Shown: positions 1 through 10,810 of the stretch, in pieces | Layout: the number at the start of each line of letters is the position of its first letter | Numbering within the stretch: the first letter of the stretch is position 1 | Assembly (NCBI RefSeq): GCF_000195855.1 | Contig: NC_002677.1 | Location: forward strand, 1,470,001-1,502,000 | Length of the DNA: 32,000 nucleotides | Direction of reading: 5' to 3' | Source of the DNA: Mycobacterium leprae TN | Lineage (GTDB): Bacteria; Actinomycetota; Actinomycetes; Mycobacteriales; Mycobacteriaceae | The notes under the pieces: model-generated | The model's database searches: none | The model's input: only the letters and a program-made list of their open reading frames with translations | What the model was told of the DNA's origin: nothing | Program-made: the position numbers and the translations under genes

Positions 1-491
1 TGCCTGTAGATGTAGTCCTAACGCTTCTGATAACCGCCGTCGGGGTGGTACAGTGCTGACGCTATATCTATTTAGCTATTATAGATATATGTAGGGGGCG
101 TTTGAAAGCAAATCTGCAGCAATCATATTGGTGGAGGGTTTGATAGCCGGCAGGGTTTGATGGCAGGTGTTGTTGCCATGATGGTCAGGTCTAGCGGTGT
201 GGCTGTCGCATCAGACGACTTGGCCGGCGGGTAGCCTCTAAATATACGCACCTGGGGAAGCAGGGGTGTCTACCAAATGCCCCGGCAGAAGAACCCATAG
301 TAAGGGCGTGTTAGGGCGTAGCTTCGCCGGCGCGGATGGGTTGGTCAACGAAATTGACCAAGGTGGTGCTGGAACGTGAGTTGAATTCGGAGCTTCCCCA
401 ATCATTTGGGTATCGACGACATCACAAAGGTCACTGAAAGGGTCACTGAAAGCCAACTGTTCGTCATACTCGACGCGGAACTTAGCCCGTA

Positions 492-3345
492 AATGTCTGA
501 CGACGTGGCGATTATCGTCGTGCCGATTCCCCGGTTGCCGGCCAGCCCGCGCGACTTCTGGTGTGTCGTGCGCGACGGACGTGAAGTCACGCAATCGGCA
601 GTTGACAACGTGGTCAATTTTGATGCCAACTTCTTATCGCCACGCTAGGCGAGTGCGATGGACCCTAGGTAGCGATTGGTGCTCAAGTTGATATGGGGAA
701 CTACTTGAGGACGCGTTCGTCGTGCCAAAAACGATACTAGGACAACAGGTCGCGGTCTCCTCTCGGAGCGATTAACGACGATTACGCATTCCTGACGTTT
801 GTTGCGGTTAACGTTGCTTCTGACTCTTTAGCTAGCACCAGTCGAGGGCTGATTGCCAACAGGGTGTCGTATTTCTTCGGGATGGGCGGCACCAGGGTGA
901 CCGTTGATTCCAGTCAATCATCTTCTCTGGTGGCGGTTTACCTCACCTGTGGAAGTCTACGAACCGGTGCGTCGCCGCTAGCGGTTCTCCGGTGGCATCC
1001 CTCTCAACCTGGCGAGCGAAACCGTGTTATTGAAAAAGGAGTTTGGGGCATTTTCGGTGTCTGGCCACATCTAAGCGTTTGTTGGGCGCTCGGATGGATA
1101 TGTACCTTTACAGAGTGAAGGTGGCGGGTGGTTTCTGCTGAAGTTGTTACTTATTGCCGTTGACGATGGCGATAGAATCCATGCGATCATTCGTGGCAGC
1201 GCGGTTGGCAATGCCGGGCACAGCCGTCGCAGGGTTGACCGTTCCGTCCGTTTCAGGACAAGTCGTGTGATACGGAGTGCACTGTGCATTACCGGCATGG
1301 ATAGCACTGAAGTCCACTAGGTTGAGGAGCACGTAGTCGGCATCAAAATTGGCTACTCGATCTAGGCAAGGGTACCAGAGGAAATAGTCACCGATTGCCA
1401 GGACCGTCCAGTACGTGTAGCTTCAATGAAGATTGACATTGGCTACGCTGGTGGAGCAGCCGAAATCACTGGCCTGATCAAGATCGTCCTGTCGATCGAA
1501 TAGCGTATTGATTCCATCAAATTTCAACTTCGCGGACACCGGTCATGGCATCGATCTGGAAAGTCTAGGACTGCGCGTCGACACGACGCTGACACCGTGA
1601 TCGGTGCACAGTGAGTTGTTCTGGGCAGGAGTATCATTGTTCGGAACGGGTGGTACTAGCGCGCTTGTTTTTCTAGATAAGCACCAATTGTAGCGGAAAG
1701 TGTTGTTGCTTAACTGGATAACGATGTGGTCACCCTTCCTTGTGTGGTGTCCGCGTCGTTCGACGCAGGCGTTGGCAGATACGGAGGAACGGTTGTTGGC
1801 GGGCGTGGGTCAGCAACCTACGTTCGATATTGCGGGTGTCAGTTTCTCGTTGGTGACGACGTGGTCGGTGTTCGAGCCTCGGCTGGTACCGTGAGGGGTT
1901 GATCTTGGATATTTGTTTACAGAGCTGGCGGGGTTGATTTCCAGTGAGCTAGTCGTGGATGTTCTTGTAGAACAAGACTATTCGTTAGGCAAGATGGCTT
2001 TTGTGTTTCCCAGGTAGAATTCCCAGTGTTTGGGGAGAGGAGCAGCAATTTTTATCAACGATTTTTTGTTTTTGCTAACTATTTTGATGACGCTGCCGAC
2101 GTCTTGGATCCGCATCTGCGATTGCCTTTGCGGTAGAAGAATTGGGATAAGGATGCGGTTCTGTTGGAAAATCCTGAGTTTGCCCAGCCGGCTTTGTTTA
2201 CCGTGGAGATTTGGCTTTGGCTGCTTTGTTGCAAGGCTGCGGTGTGGTGTCCGATTTTGCGTACGGTCATTCATGTAGGGTAGATCAGCATGACGTATGA
2301 AGCGGGGATGTTATAGCTGGGGATGCGGCGGCGATAGCTCGGGTTCGGTTGATATTTGCGGTGGCCGCCAATGAGGCGGAGATTGCGCCGTTGTTCGATA
2401 GGGGGTATCGCGATTGTCAATGGGTCTGATGCGGTGGTTATTTCGGTGCTGCAGGTCGCAGTGGGCGCACTGTTGGATCGGTTGGTGGGCCAGGGTCGCT
2501 GGGTGCATAGGTTGGTGGTTTCGCATGTGTTTCATGCGGTGCTGATGGAAACGATGGTGAAGGAGTTTTCCCGGATGCTGGATCAGGTGTCGATGGCCGA
2601 GTCACGGATTGGTTTGGTATCAAATATGACTGGGAAGTTGCCTAGGGATGGATATTAGGTCAGCGGTTAGCGCAGTATGTTGGGTGGAACATGCGTGTCG
2701 TCCGGTGCGCTTTGCCGACAGTGTGGGGTCGGTGGAGTCTTTGTGGGTTCGCGAGGTTGTTGGGTGGGATCCGGTGTGGGGTTGACCGTGGCGGTGGAAC
2801 AGTCGTTGTTCGGTGAGCGTGCCGCTTCGGTGGCGGTGTTGGCTAAGGATCTACCGTAAGTGGATTCTGCGTTCGGCGCACTGGGTGGTTGTTCACTGCG
2901 GATGCGCGGCTGAATTGGGGTGTGATGTTTGAAGGGTTTGGGGGTCTGCAGGGTAGACGTTGCCAACGTATGCATTTGTGCAGCAGCCATTTTGCTAAGA
3001 TACAGGGAGGGTGTGGGGTGGGTCATACTAACACCGGTGCAGCTCAGTTGTTGCAATAATTTGCTCCGCAAGAACTGCACCGTTACTTGGTTGAACCGGT
3101 GTGTATGCATACGGCAATTATCTGGGATCACTCGGGAAGCTGGGACATTGATGCTCAGCGTGCGTTTCAAGGCTTCGGATTTGAGTTACTGACTGGGGTG
3201 AACTGCGTGACCATCTCAAAGCCGTAACCGGGCTGGGCAGATTAGCGCTTTTGCGCATTCTGCTCTGCTCTTCGACTGTCCCACTCCAGCGGGCCTGGCC
3301 GATTACCTTGGTTAGCAACTGTCTAGCATTTACCGCGAACAATCC
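492..3345 (+). pseudogene. Decayed type I modular polyketide synthase, KS-AT-ACP layout (pks9-like)
   Basis: Frames stitched across frameshifts give KS segments 'DDVAIIVVPIPRLPASPRDFWCVVRDG', 'NRVSYFFGMGGTRVTVDSSQSSSLVAVYLTCGSLRTGAS', 'DDGDRIHAIIRGSAVGNAG', 'GLTVPSVSGQ', 'SMKIDIGYAGGAAEITGLIKIVLS'; linker 'TQALADTEERLLAGVGQQPTFDIAGVSFSLVTTWSVFEPR'; AT segments 'GKMAFVFP', 'NPEFAQPALFTVEI', 'RLVGQGRWVHRLVVSHVFHAVLMETMVKEFSRMLDQVSMAESRIGLVSNMTGKL', 'LTVAVEQSLFGERAASVAVLAKD', 'PTYAFVQQPF'; ACP 'SGSWDIDAQRAFQGFGFELLTG...FDCPTPAGLADYLG*'. No continuous ORF. Located directly upstream of a pks11-like relic, as pks9 is in M. tuberculosis. Confidence 0.85.
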
Positions 3346-3954
3346 GACGAGAGAAGATGGTTTCTGCTGCGAAAGATTTCTATACGCGAGCTGCGTAACG
3401 CCGGATGGCTGGACAAACTGTTACTGGTGGCAGGTAGTCTAGGAAAGTCTCTGGTTGGAGCCAGCTGTCAGTGACGATAGCATCGACTCGTTAAGTGCCG
3501 AAGAGTTGATTGCGATGACGATAAAACCAGTCGACGACAGCCATTGATCAAATCGTATTTGGTACGTACAATTAGGCACAGTACCGGTTGAAATATAACG
3601 GATGTTAAATATTGTTTTTGTGACTACGAAAAGGGCTGTCCAGGCTTCGTATTTGTGGCGGAAATCGAGTGAATTGTAACGATTTTGTTTAGCATTTGGC
3701 TAAGCCTATGTGGCCAGTGTGCGGGTGGGTAGAGGGGGCGATATCTGCCGCTATGGTTGGTTAGCTTGGATGCTCAAATCGTGAAGCGATCTTAATTAAT
3801 CAATGCTAATAATTGTAAATGCAACAGATGTTGAATAAGTGGTTTTTTGCACGACTGCAAAAGACATCTAAAATTTCAGGGTTTGTGGAATCCTATTCTG
3901 CGATACAGATGGGATGTTGGAAAGTATTGATAGTGGTGACTACAGAGGCAGGAT

Positions 3955-5006
3955 ATGAGTGTCATCGCAGGTGTATTCAGTATGTTTCCACCGCATCGAT
4001 ATAGCCAGAGCGAGGTTACCGATTCTTTTGTTCAATTTCTGGATTGAAAGAGTACGAGCAGATAGTTCGACGTATGCATGCCGGCACGAAGGTCAACAGT
4101 CGAAATCTGATGCTGTTGCTGGAAAAGTGAAGTTACGCCTAGCTGACCGACTTCAGCTAGGCGAACGAGATTTTCATCGCAAACGCAGTGGAATTTGGTT
4201 ATGATGCGCTAGAGGAGCGCTTGATGAGACAGGCTTGGGAACACCAAGATGTCGACACGATCGTCACCACGACGATCACCGGCTTCGCAGTACCTTCGCT
4301 GGATGCTAGATGCGCTGAACAGCTCGGTCTGCGCCTGGATGTCCGCCGAATGCCTCTGTTCGGCTTGGGGTGTGTGGCGGGGCAGCGGGGTTTGGGCCGG
4401 TTGCATGAAGATATTGTGTGGTGCTCCCAACGATGTCGCGGTATTGGTATTTGGTCTGCTCGCTCACCTATTCCGCGGTCAAACCAACTGTGTCGGGCTT
4501 GGTGTGGAGACGGTTCTGTTCGGCGAGCGCCGCACCGAAGACGGACAGATCTGTGCCAGTGTGCCGGACATCCGCGATTCGCGCAGCCGTCTCTACCCCG
4601 GAATCGCTGCACATCATGGGCTTGAATAGTCAATTATGCCAGCTTGTCGCTGGTACTGTCTCCGACCGGAGCTGACGAGTATTGTCGAATGACACCGAGC
4701 CGATGACGTCATTGGCTTCCTCGTAGCGCATGGTTTGATCAAGAACGATATTGGTGTGTGGGTTTAGCCATCCTGGTGGCCAAGGGTCATCTATGCGATC
4801 ACTATGAGACTCTTGAATTGCCTCCCGAGGCTCTTGAGTTGACCTGGTGCTCATTGAGCGAGATCGGTCAACCTCTGGTTGGTGTCAATACCGCACATTA
4901 TTGCGCGACACCATCGCCAAACCGCTACCCAACGGGAACTCAGGGCTGATGGTCGGGATGGGTTTCGGATTCTGCGCAGAATTTGTGCTACTGCGTTGGC
5001 ATTGAG
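3955..5006 (+). pseudogene. pks11: Decayed type III polyketide synthase (chalcone synthase-like, pks11-like)
   Basis: Start ATG gives 'MSVIAGVFSMFPPHRYSQSEVTDSFVQFLD*'. Later frames give 'ITGFAVPSLDARCAEQLGLRLDVRRMPLFGLGCVAGQ', 'SLTYSAVKPTVSGLV', 'DSRSRLYP', 'SLHIMG', 'HGLIKNDIGVWVSHPGG', 'LPPEALELTWCSLSEIG', 'LRDTIAK', 'GNSGLMVGMGFGFCAEFVLLRWH*'. Several stops and frameshifts. Confidence 0.88.
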
Positions 5007-5329
5007 TTGATGACCTCAACGGTCAGGCTCAGTCAGGGGATTAACGCAGCGAAGTTACGTGCCCGAACCCGGTGAGTGTAATGAGCGAGCAAATGCAACC
5101 TGGTTCTGGAAGCCAGTCGGGCGAGTATCACGGTCATCGAAGTGGTGGCCACGGCTGCTCCGAATACATCTGTGTCACCCGCTTGTGCGAACGCTGCCGC
5201 TAATTGACCCTTTCTAGAAAAGGTCAGGCGAGCAGCGACTTTCCCTCGTGGCGACCTCGTTCTCAAATGCGCGCGTAGCTCCCGTGTCAGCTACGTCACG
5301 GCGACGTGGTCGTATTGGGCATGCTCGAC

Positions 5330-5965
5330 AAGTTCGGAGTGTTTTTAGCCGCGATCGCGATCTGGTTTAGGGAGGCGAGCGGATGGGCGATCGATCGACG
5401 TCAGCTGCTTCTCGGTAGCCGAGTGTAGTAAGTACCCAGTTATGCGGGACAAGGTGACTGCCCAGGAGATTAGGAAGTCCTCAGTCGCGGTCAGCGTGTT
5501 GGTATCGACGTCGTTGGTGGACTCGTCGAGAAACAGTACGTCCGGCTCGGATAACAAGGTGAGCATTAGCTGCAACTGCTGCCAGCTGGCTGCCGGAGAG
5601 TCCAGCTATTTGCGCGGACAACTGCCTCGCGGACGAAGCCGAGTCGCTCCAACAGCTGGACCGGGGGATTGCACGACCCTCGATTGGACAGCCGCCGCGT
5701 AGTCTGTTCAATACCTCGGTGATCCGGTTGTGTGCCAACGGTGCCAACTGATCGCTCTGCTGATCGAGCGCCGTTAGCCGGACGGTCTTGCCGTGCTTGA
5801 CGCGCCCGGAGTCAGGTGCAACGGTGTTGGTGATCAATCCCAGTAGCGTCGATTTTCCGGCGGTGGGGCATCGGAGCCTTAGCCGGACAAGACGCTGGTG
5901 CGCCTGCCATTGCTCACGCCGAGTGTGTGTGTGACCGACTCGAACACCACTTAATGTCAGATATT
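5330..5965 (-). pseudogene. Decayed ABC-F / macrolide-transport-type ATP-binding protein (Rv1667c/Rv1668c-like)
   Basis: Minus-strand frames contain a Walker A relic 'CPTAGKSTLLGLITNTVAPDSGRVKHGKTVRLTALDQQSDQLAP' and a Walker B relic 'LQLMLTLLSEPDVLFLDESTNDVDTNTLTATEDFLISWAVTL'. Frames are broken. Confidence 0.75.
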
Positions 5966-6550
5966 CCCGATGTTCGGGCGCAGTGCCCAATAGCCTGCCA
6001 CCGGGCCGACCTAAGCTGGCCAACGATGCCCGCTGCAGGGTGGTGGGAGGAGAGGTTGGGCGATTCAGCGTGGGCTCGGTAACGACGTTGTCGTTACCGT
6101 CCAGCCAATCCGGCTAACGCCTCACCGCTACAGCACGGTCTTAATATGCAGTCGGTGACAAGTTGGCGCTCACCACAAGTGCAACTATCATGACTTTAGA
6201 CACCGCGTATCAAGGCTTTACGGTGTGTACTAGCGGTCCGCGCATAGCCTCTGAGACGGCCTGTAACCTGTGCTAGCTAGGTCCTTGGACAGTTCCGATC
6301 ATGTTGTGCGATGCGGGGAGCGCGTTGAGCACCAGGTGTTGGCAGGTAGGTTAGTCACCAGGACGGTCGCACACCCGCTAGCGCTTCGTGTTTCGGATCT
6401 CATCACTTCAATTCATCGGGACAAGGTGCGCAGGCGCTGCTTCTTATAGTAACTTTACTGTAGTCCTTTTGCACCATATACGTGTTGTTTTTCGCATTTA
6501 TACGCGTTTCAGCCGATGTTTTCCGGTTATAATGGCTGCAAGCTGTTCGT

Positions 6551-7435
6551 GTGAGTCAGACTGATGCATCGTGCACTATTGCAGAGCTTCCCTATAGATC
6601 CGTCACGGACTTGGTCGTGCTGGATTTTCCGCGACCTGAGGTCGCGTTGATCACTCTTAATCGGCCCGGCCGGATGAATTCCATGGCTCTCGACCTTATG
6701 AAGTCGCTCAAGCAGGTTCTCAAAAGGATTACCTATGACCACTCGGTGAGGGTGGTCGTGCTTACTGGCGCGGGTCGAGGATTCTGCTCTGGTGCAGATC
6801 AAAAGTTCACGGCACCTGTGCCACAGGTCGAGGGGTTGACACAGCCGGTTCGCGCGTTGCGTGCCATGGAGCTTCTTGAAGAAGTCATCCTGGCTCTGCG
6901 GCGATTGCACCAACCTGTGATCGCCGCGATCAATGGTCCGGCCATCGGCGGTGGGTTGTGTCTGGCGTTGGCCGCAGACGTCCGGGTGGCTTCAACTAGG
7001 GCCTACTTTCGAGCTGCTGGCATCAACAACGGCCTTAGTGCCAGTGAGCTGGGGCTGAGCTATTTGCTGCCTCGGGCCGTCGGATCGTCGCGGGCTTTTG
7101 AAATCATGCTTAGCGGTCGCGATGTCGGGGCGGAGGAAGCCGAGCAGATCGGGCTGGTGTCATATCGGGTGTCGGACGATCGGCTTCTGGACACTTGCTA
7201 CTCCATCGCCGCGCGGATGGCGACGTTCTCGCGGTCTGGAACTGAGTTGACGAAGCGGGCTTTGTGGGGTGGCTTGGATGCCGCCAGTCTGGATAAGCAC
7301 ATGCAAAGCGAGAGCCTGGCACAGCTCTTTATAGCATTGCATACCAGCAATTTTGAAGAAGCGGCTGCCCCATGCACCGAGAAGCGGCCAACGGTGTTAG
7401 TCGATGCCAGAGGCTGCGCCACAAGCCCGGGGTAA
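6551..7435 (+). CDS. echA12: Enoyl-CoA hydratase/isomerase family protein (crotonase)
   Basis: Intact 294-aa ORF with crotonase motifs 'VALITLNRPGRMNSM', 'VVVLTGAGRGFCSGAD', 'PVIAAINGPAIGGGLCLALAADVRVAS', 'ASELGLSYLLPRAVGSSRAFEIMLSGR'. Resembles the EchA12 subgroup more than EchA14. Start is GTG. Confidence 0.85.
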   Translation: MSQTDASCTIAELPYRSVTDLVVLDFPRPEVALITLNRPGRMNSMALDLMKSLKQVLKRITYDHSVRVVVLTGAGRGFCSGADQKFTAPVPQVEGLTQPVRALRAMELLEEVILALRRLHQPVIAAINGPAIGGGLCLALAADVRVASTRAYFRAAGINNGLSASELGLSYLLPRAVGSSRAFEIMLSGRDVGAEEAEQIGLVSYRVSDDRLLDTCYSIAARMATFSRSGTELTKRALWGGLDAASLDKHMQSESLAQLFIALHTSNFEEAAAPCTEKRPTVLVDARGCATSPG

Positions 7436-8329
7436 GGCTTTCGAATAACCATACTTCACGCTGATTGTTTGCTAACAAAGATTTTTTGCTAACAAGCATG
7501 GTCATTCCATGTCTTCCAAGTCACGCGATGAATTTTGTTGGTCTCGACATAATAGAAGCGAACTAGTTGTCGCAGCTGTTGGTTGGCGACCACGTTGTGA
7601 CATTGATCGGCAGCCGACAGAAGTAAAAGGCTGCTGATGTCACAGATAGTCGCTCAAGCGGTGGATGACTTAATGGTCAGAGGCACTCTGGCATGTCGAT
7701 CTAGGGCCGACCACCGACTCGCAATTGGAACAGAGGGAGCACTTGACACCTTGGATCTTAGAGGGAACACATTGAGCATGCGATGACGATACCTAGGATA
7801 TCATAGGCCAGTGTCGACCTCACTGTTACCTGTGGTGATGGTGGACCGAGCCGTTCGAACCTGACCAGACTGATCCGCGACCCCTGCGTGCGGCTCCGGG
7901 ATCGGTGCGGGAGGGCGGCATATGAACTCGTCATCGGGCAGCGCGTATATCTTCTTGCAGTAGTTAAGTATTTATGACGTACCACGACCGGGACTGAGCG
8001 GTTTGTCGTGGATTGGCTCAACGCACACGGCTGGCGGGGTGAGGGTACCGTGCTCCCGGGATGAGATGTTCTGACTCGGCCGCTGGATTGGTGGCGTGCC
8101 GATAGCCAACTAAGGATGAGCTCGCTGACTTCGTAATCGCTGAACGTCGGTAGAGGTGCGCGCGGACGACTTTTGCAATGTGGCCGTGACCAAGCACCTT
8201 CTGGTAGGCAGGGTTACTTAGCCCGCATTGTTCAATCTATGTAGTGAGCAGCGGGCCCAGGAAGTGAGCGCTGTGTTCGCACGTTTAGGAGAAAACGGTG
8301 TTCGAATGTAACGGCAATCCATGAAGGAG

Positions 8330-10810
8330 TGCGGCCGGTCGAACAGGACGAGAGCGATACCTTCATGATGCTCTTCGCTTGTGTGTCGCGGATGCTATGG
8401 CAGCGGCATTAGACTTGCAGCGAGCCCAGCTGGACCGATCCGGTTCCGTATTGGGGTGCCCATCCCGGGGAGGTGCGGTTGCGTGATGAGGGTAGTTACG
8501 TTGGTTCGATCGTCAACCGGACTGCGCGCCTACGCAACTTGGCGCATGGAGGCCAGACCTTGCTGTTAAGTGCTACCGAGAACTTGATGGTTGCTCGGCT
8601 CTTTAGCGGGGCCTGGTTGACCCATCTGGGGTATTCACCGGATGCGTGGTCTGCCCCGGCCTGAGCGGGTGGTGCAGCTGTGTAATGCTGATTTGCAGGT
8701 TGAGTTCCCGCCGTTGCGGGCCACTTATGACCTGCTAAACTACGTTTTCCTCTGCAGCTAAACGATTTTCGTCGGGCACTGCGGACAACCCAACGAGGTT
8801 CAGCAGTTGATGGCCGGTAATCGGGCTGTTCACCCTGACCGGTGTTGGTGGTGTGAGCAAGACACGGCTATCGTTGCAGGTAGCGGTCCAATTTGTCGGT
8901 GAGGTCGGCGGTGGGTGGTACGTGGATTTGGTATTGATCAGCGATTCGGATCTGGCGCCGGCCAAGGTTGCCTGTGAGCTGGGTCTGCGCGACCAACCTG
9001 ACCGCTCCACCGTGGACGTAGGCTATATTTCTTCGCCGGGCGTCAGGCGCTACTAGTGGGCTGGATAACTATGAACATCTGGTGGGAGGCTACCGCGGCG
9101 TTGGTGTCGCGTCTGACGGACGCAGGTCCACGCGTGAGGGGGTGACTGACTATGGCGCGAACGTTTTCGTCTCGCGGGCGAGGTGAGCGGGTGGATGCCG
9201 GCACTGTCTGTAAACGATTAGGTCATCGAATTGTTTTTTGTGACCGGGCGCAGACGGATTTCCGGCTTATCGATGTCCACTCGACGGCTGCAATGGCGAT
9301 CCGTGGCCGCCTGTATGGTGTTTGTCACGGGCGATTGAGCTAGTGTCGGTCTGTGTTCGGGCGCTTTCACCGGCTGAGATGGTTGATAATTTAGATGACT
9401 GTTTCCACTTGCTGACCTGGCAACGTCTGCATGGTGGTGGCCCGTCAACACACTCTGTGGGCTTCGGCGGACTGGTCCCATGCGCTGTTGATCAGGCCGG
9501 AACCGGTTGTGTTCCGCTGGGTGGCAGTGTGTGGACTGTTTCTTCCTGGGTGCTGCGGAAGCCGTCGCGGTTGTGGTGAGGTGGAGCCCTGTCGGGTACA
9601 CGCGATGCGCTCACGCTGCTTGTTGACCAGTCGTTGGTGGTCACCGACGATAGTGGCTGGTCGAGCATTATATCGGCTGTCGAAGACGGTGTGTCAGTAC
9701 GTGCTGGATAAACTTGACGAGTCTGGGGAGATTTGCACGCTGTGCGGCTGCGGCGCAGCGACTACTACGTGAGACTGGCCGCTCTGCTTAACGTTAATGC
9801 CTCGGATGACACTGACTATGGCAAGTGCCTTAAACAGGCAGAGGTCGAAATAAACAAGTCGAAATAAACAACTTGCGCGCCGCCTTTATGTGGACCTTGC
9901 GAGAGCTCCGACACTGGACTCGCGCTGGTGCTGTCGTCTTCACTGCAGCCCACATGGCTGGCATGTGGCCACATTACGTTAAGGGCAAGCCTGGCTTGAT
10001 GCTGTTCTCTGCCGGCAAGGATGGCGGTTAACTTATGCTACCGCTTGTGATGTGCGCGAGAGTGCTTGCCGAGAAGGTTGTGCTCGACATCTTTTGTCGA
10101 TGTTACCGCGGGCATAGAGTATACCAACCGGCCTTGCAGATTGCTTGTGAAGTTGACGACCGCGCTTTGCTGTCTTCGGGTACTCACGGAATGCGGGTTA
10201 AGCGCTGTGATGGCCGGTTACGACGTTGCTGACCGTTATGTTACCGAGGTACTTGGTCTTGCCCGAGCCTCAAACGATCTGGTGGAGGTTGAGCTCAGAT
10301 CCCCCGCGTTAGCGACACGGCTGATGTGTATCGCCGGTATTGACGATGTAGGCTGCAATAAGTGCAGCATTCGTACGACTGAGTACGACAAGTCTTCGCC
10401 GCCGCAGCATCCCGACCGGCTCGATCGTTCCTGCTCAATGCTGTCATTACCCGGATCAGTGGCAGGTAAGGGATTGCACATATGTGTGGACGCTGCAAAG
10501 GGTGTGCCATACCACGTTTTGTGTGGACGTGTTCTCCCACCCCATCCTGGGCTGGCAGGTGATGACCAGCAAGACCGCGGGTGCTTGGTCACATCGGTGC
10601 TTGAGCAGACGCTACTCACCCCCTATTGCACATAGCTCCATTCTCTATAACCGATTTGATTCATCACTTGGACGCGGGATCAATATACGTCGATCGCGTT
10701 CACCGAGGCGCTGCACGAGGCCGGTATCGCCGGATCCATCAGCAGTGTCGGCGACGCTTTGGACAACGTGTTTATGGATTCTGCTATAGGGACGGTACAA
10801 ATCTGAATTA
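8330..10810 (+). pseudogene. Decayed large transcriptional regulator: adenylate cyclase-like domain + AAA/NB-ARC ATPase (Rv2488c/Rv1358 type)
   Basis: Stitched frames: 'GEVRLRDEGSYVGSIVNRTARLRNLAHGGQTLLLSATENLMVARLFSGAWLTHLG', 'VQLCNADLQVEFPPLRA', 'VSKTRLSLQVAVQFVGEVGGGWYVDLVLISDSDLAPAKVACELGLRDQPDRSTVD', 'VRALSPAEMVDNLDDCFHLLT', 'QHTLWASADWSHALLIRPEPVVFRWVAV', 'LSKTVCQYVLDKLDESGE'. Many stops and frameshifts. Confidence 0.82.
9844..9871 (+). repeat. Perfect tandem duplication, 14-bp unit x2 (gtcgaaataaacaa)
   Basis: Adjacent identical copies at 9844-9857 and 9858-9871, inside the decayed regulator. Confidence 0.93.

Noticed and set aside
4199-4633. 144-145 aa ORFs on both strands at 4.2-4.6 kb as possible novel genes
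   Set aside because: Plus-strand frames match successive pieces of a type III PKS, so these ORFs are pseudogene fragments and their antisense.
6551-7435. Naming this gene echA14 because its neighbours resemble the Rv2484c-Rv2488c region
   Set aside because: The protein sequence, as I recall the families, resembles EchA12, and strand and position do not fit an Rv2486 ortholog relative to the lipQ-like relic.
10066-10635. 189-aa plus-strand ORF as a standalone gene
   Set aside because: Its segments are in register with a decayed large regulator and include out-of-frame sections; it is best read as part of that pseudogene.
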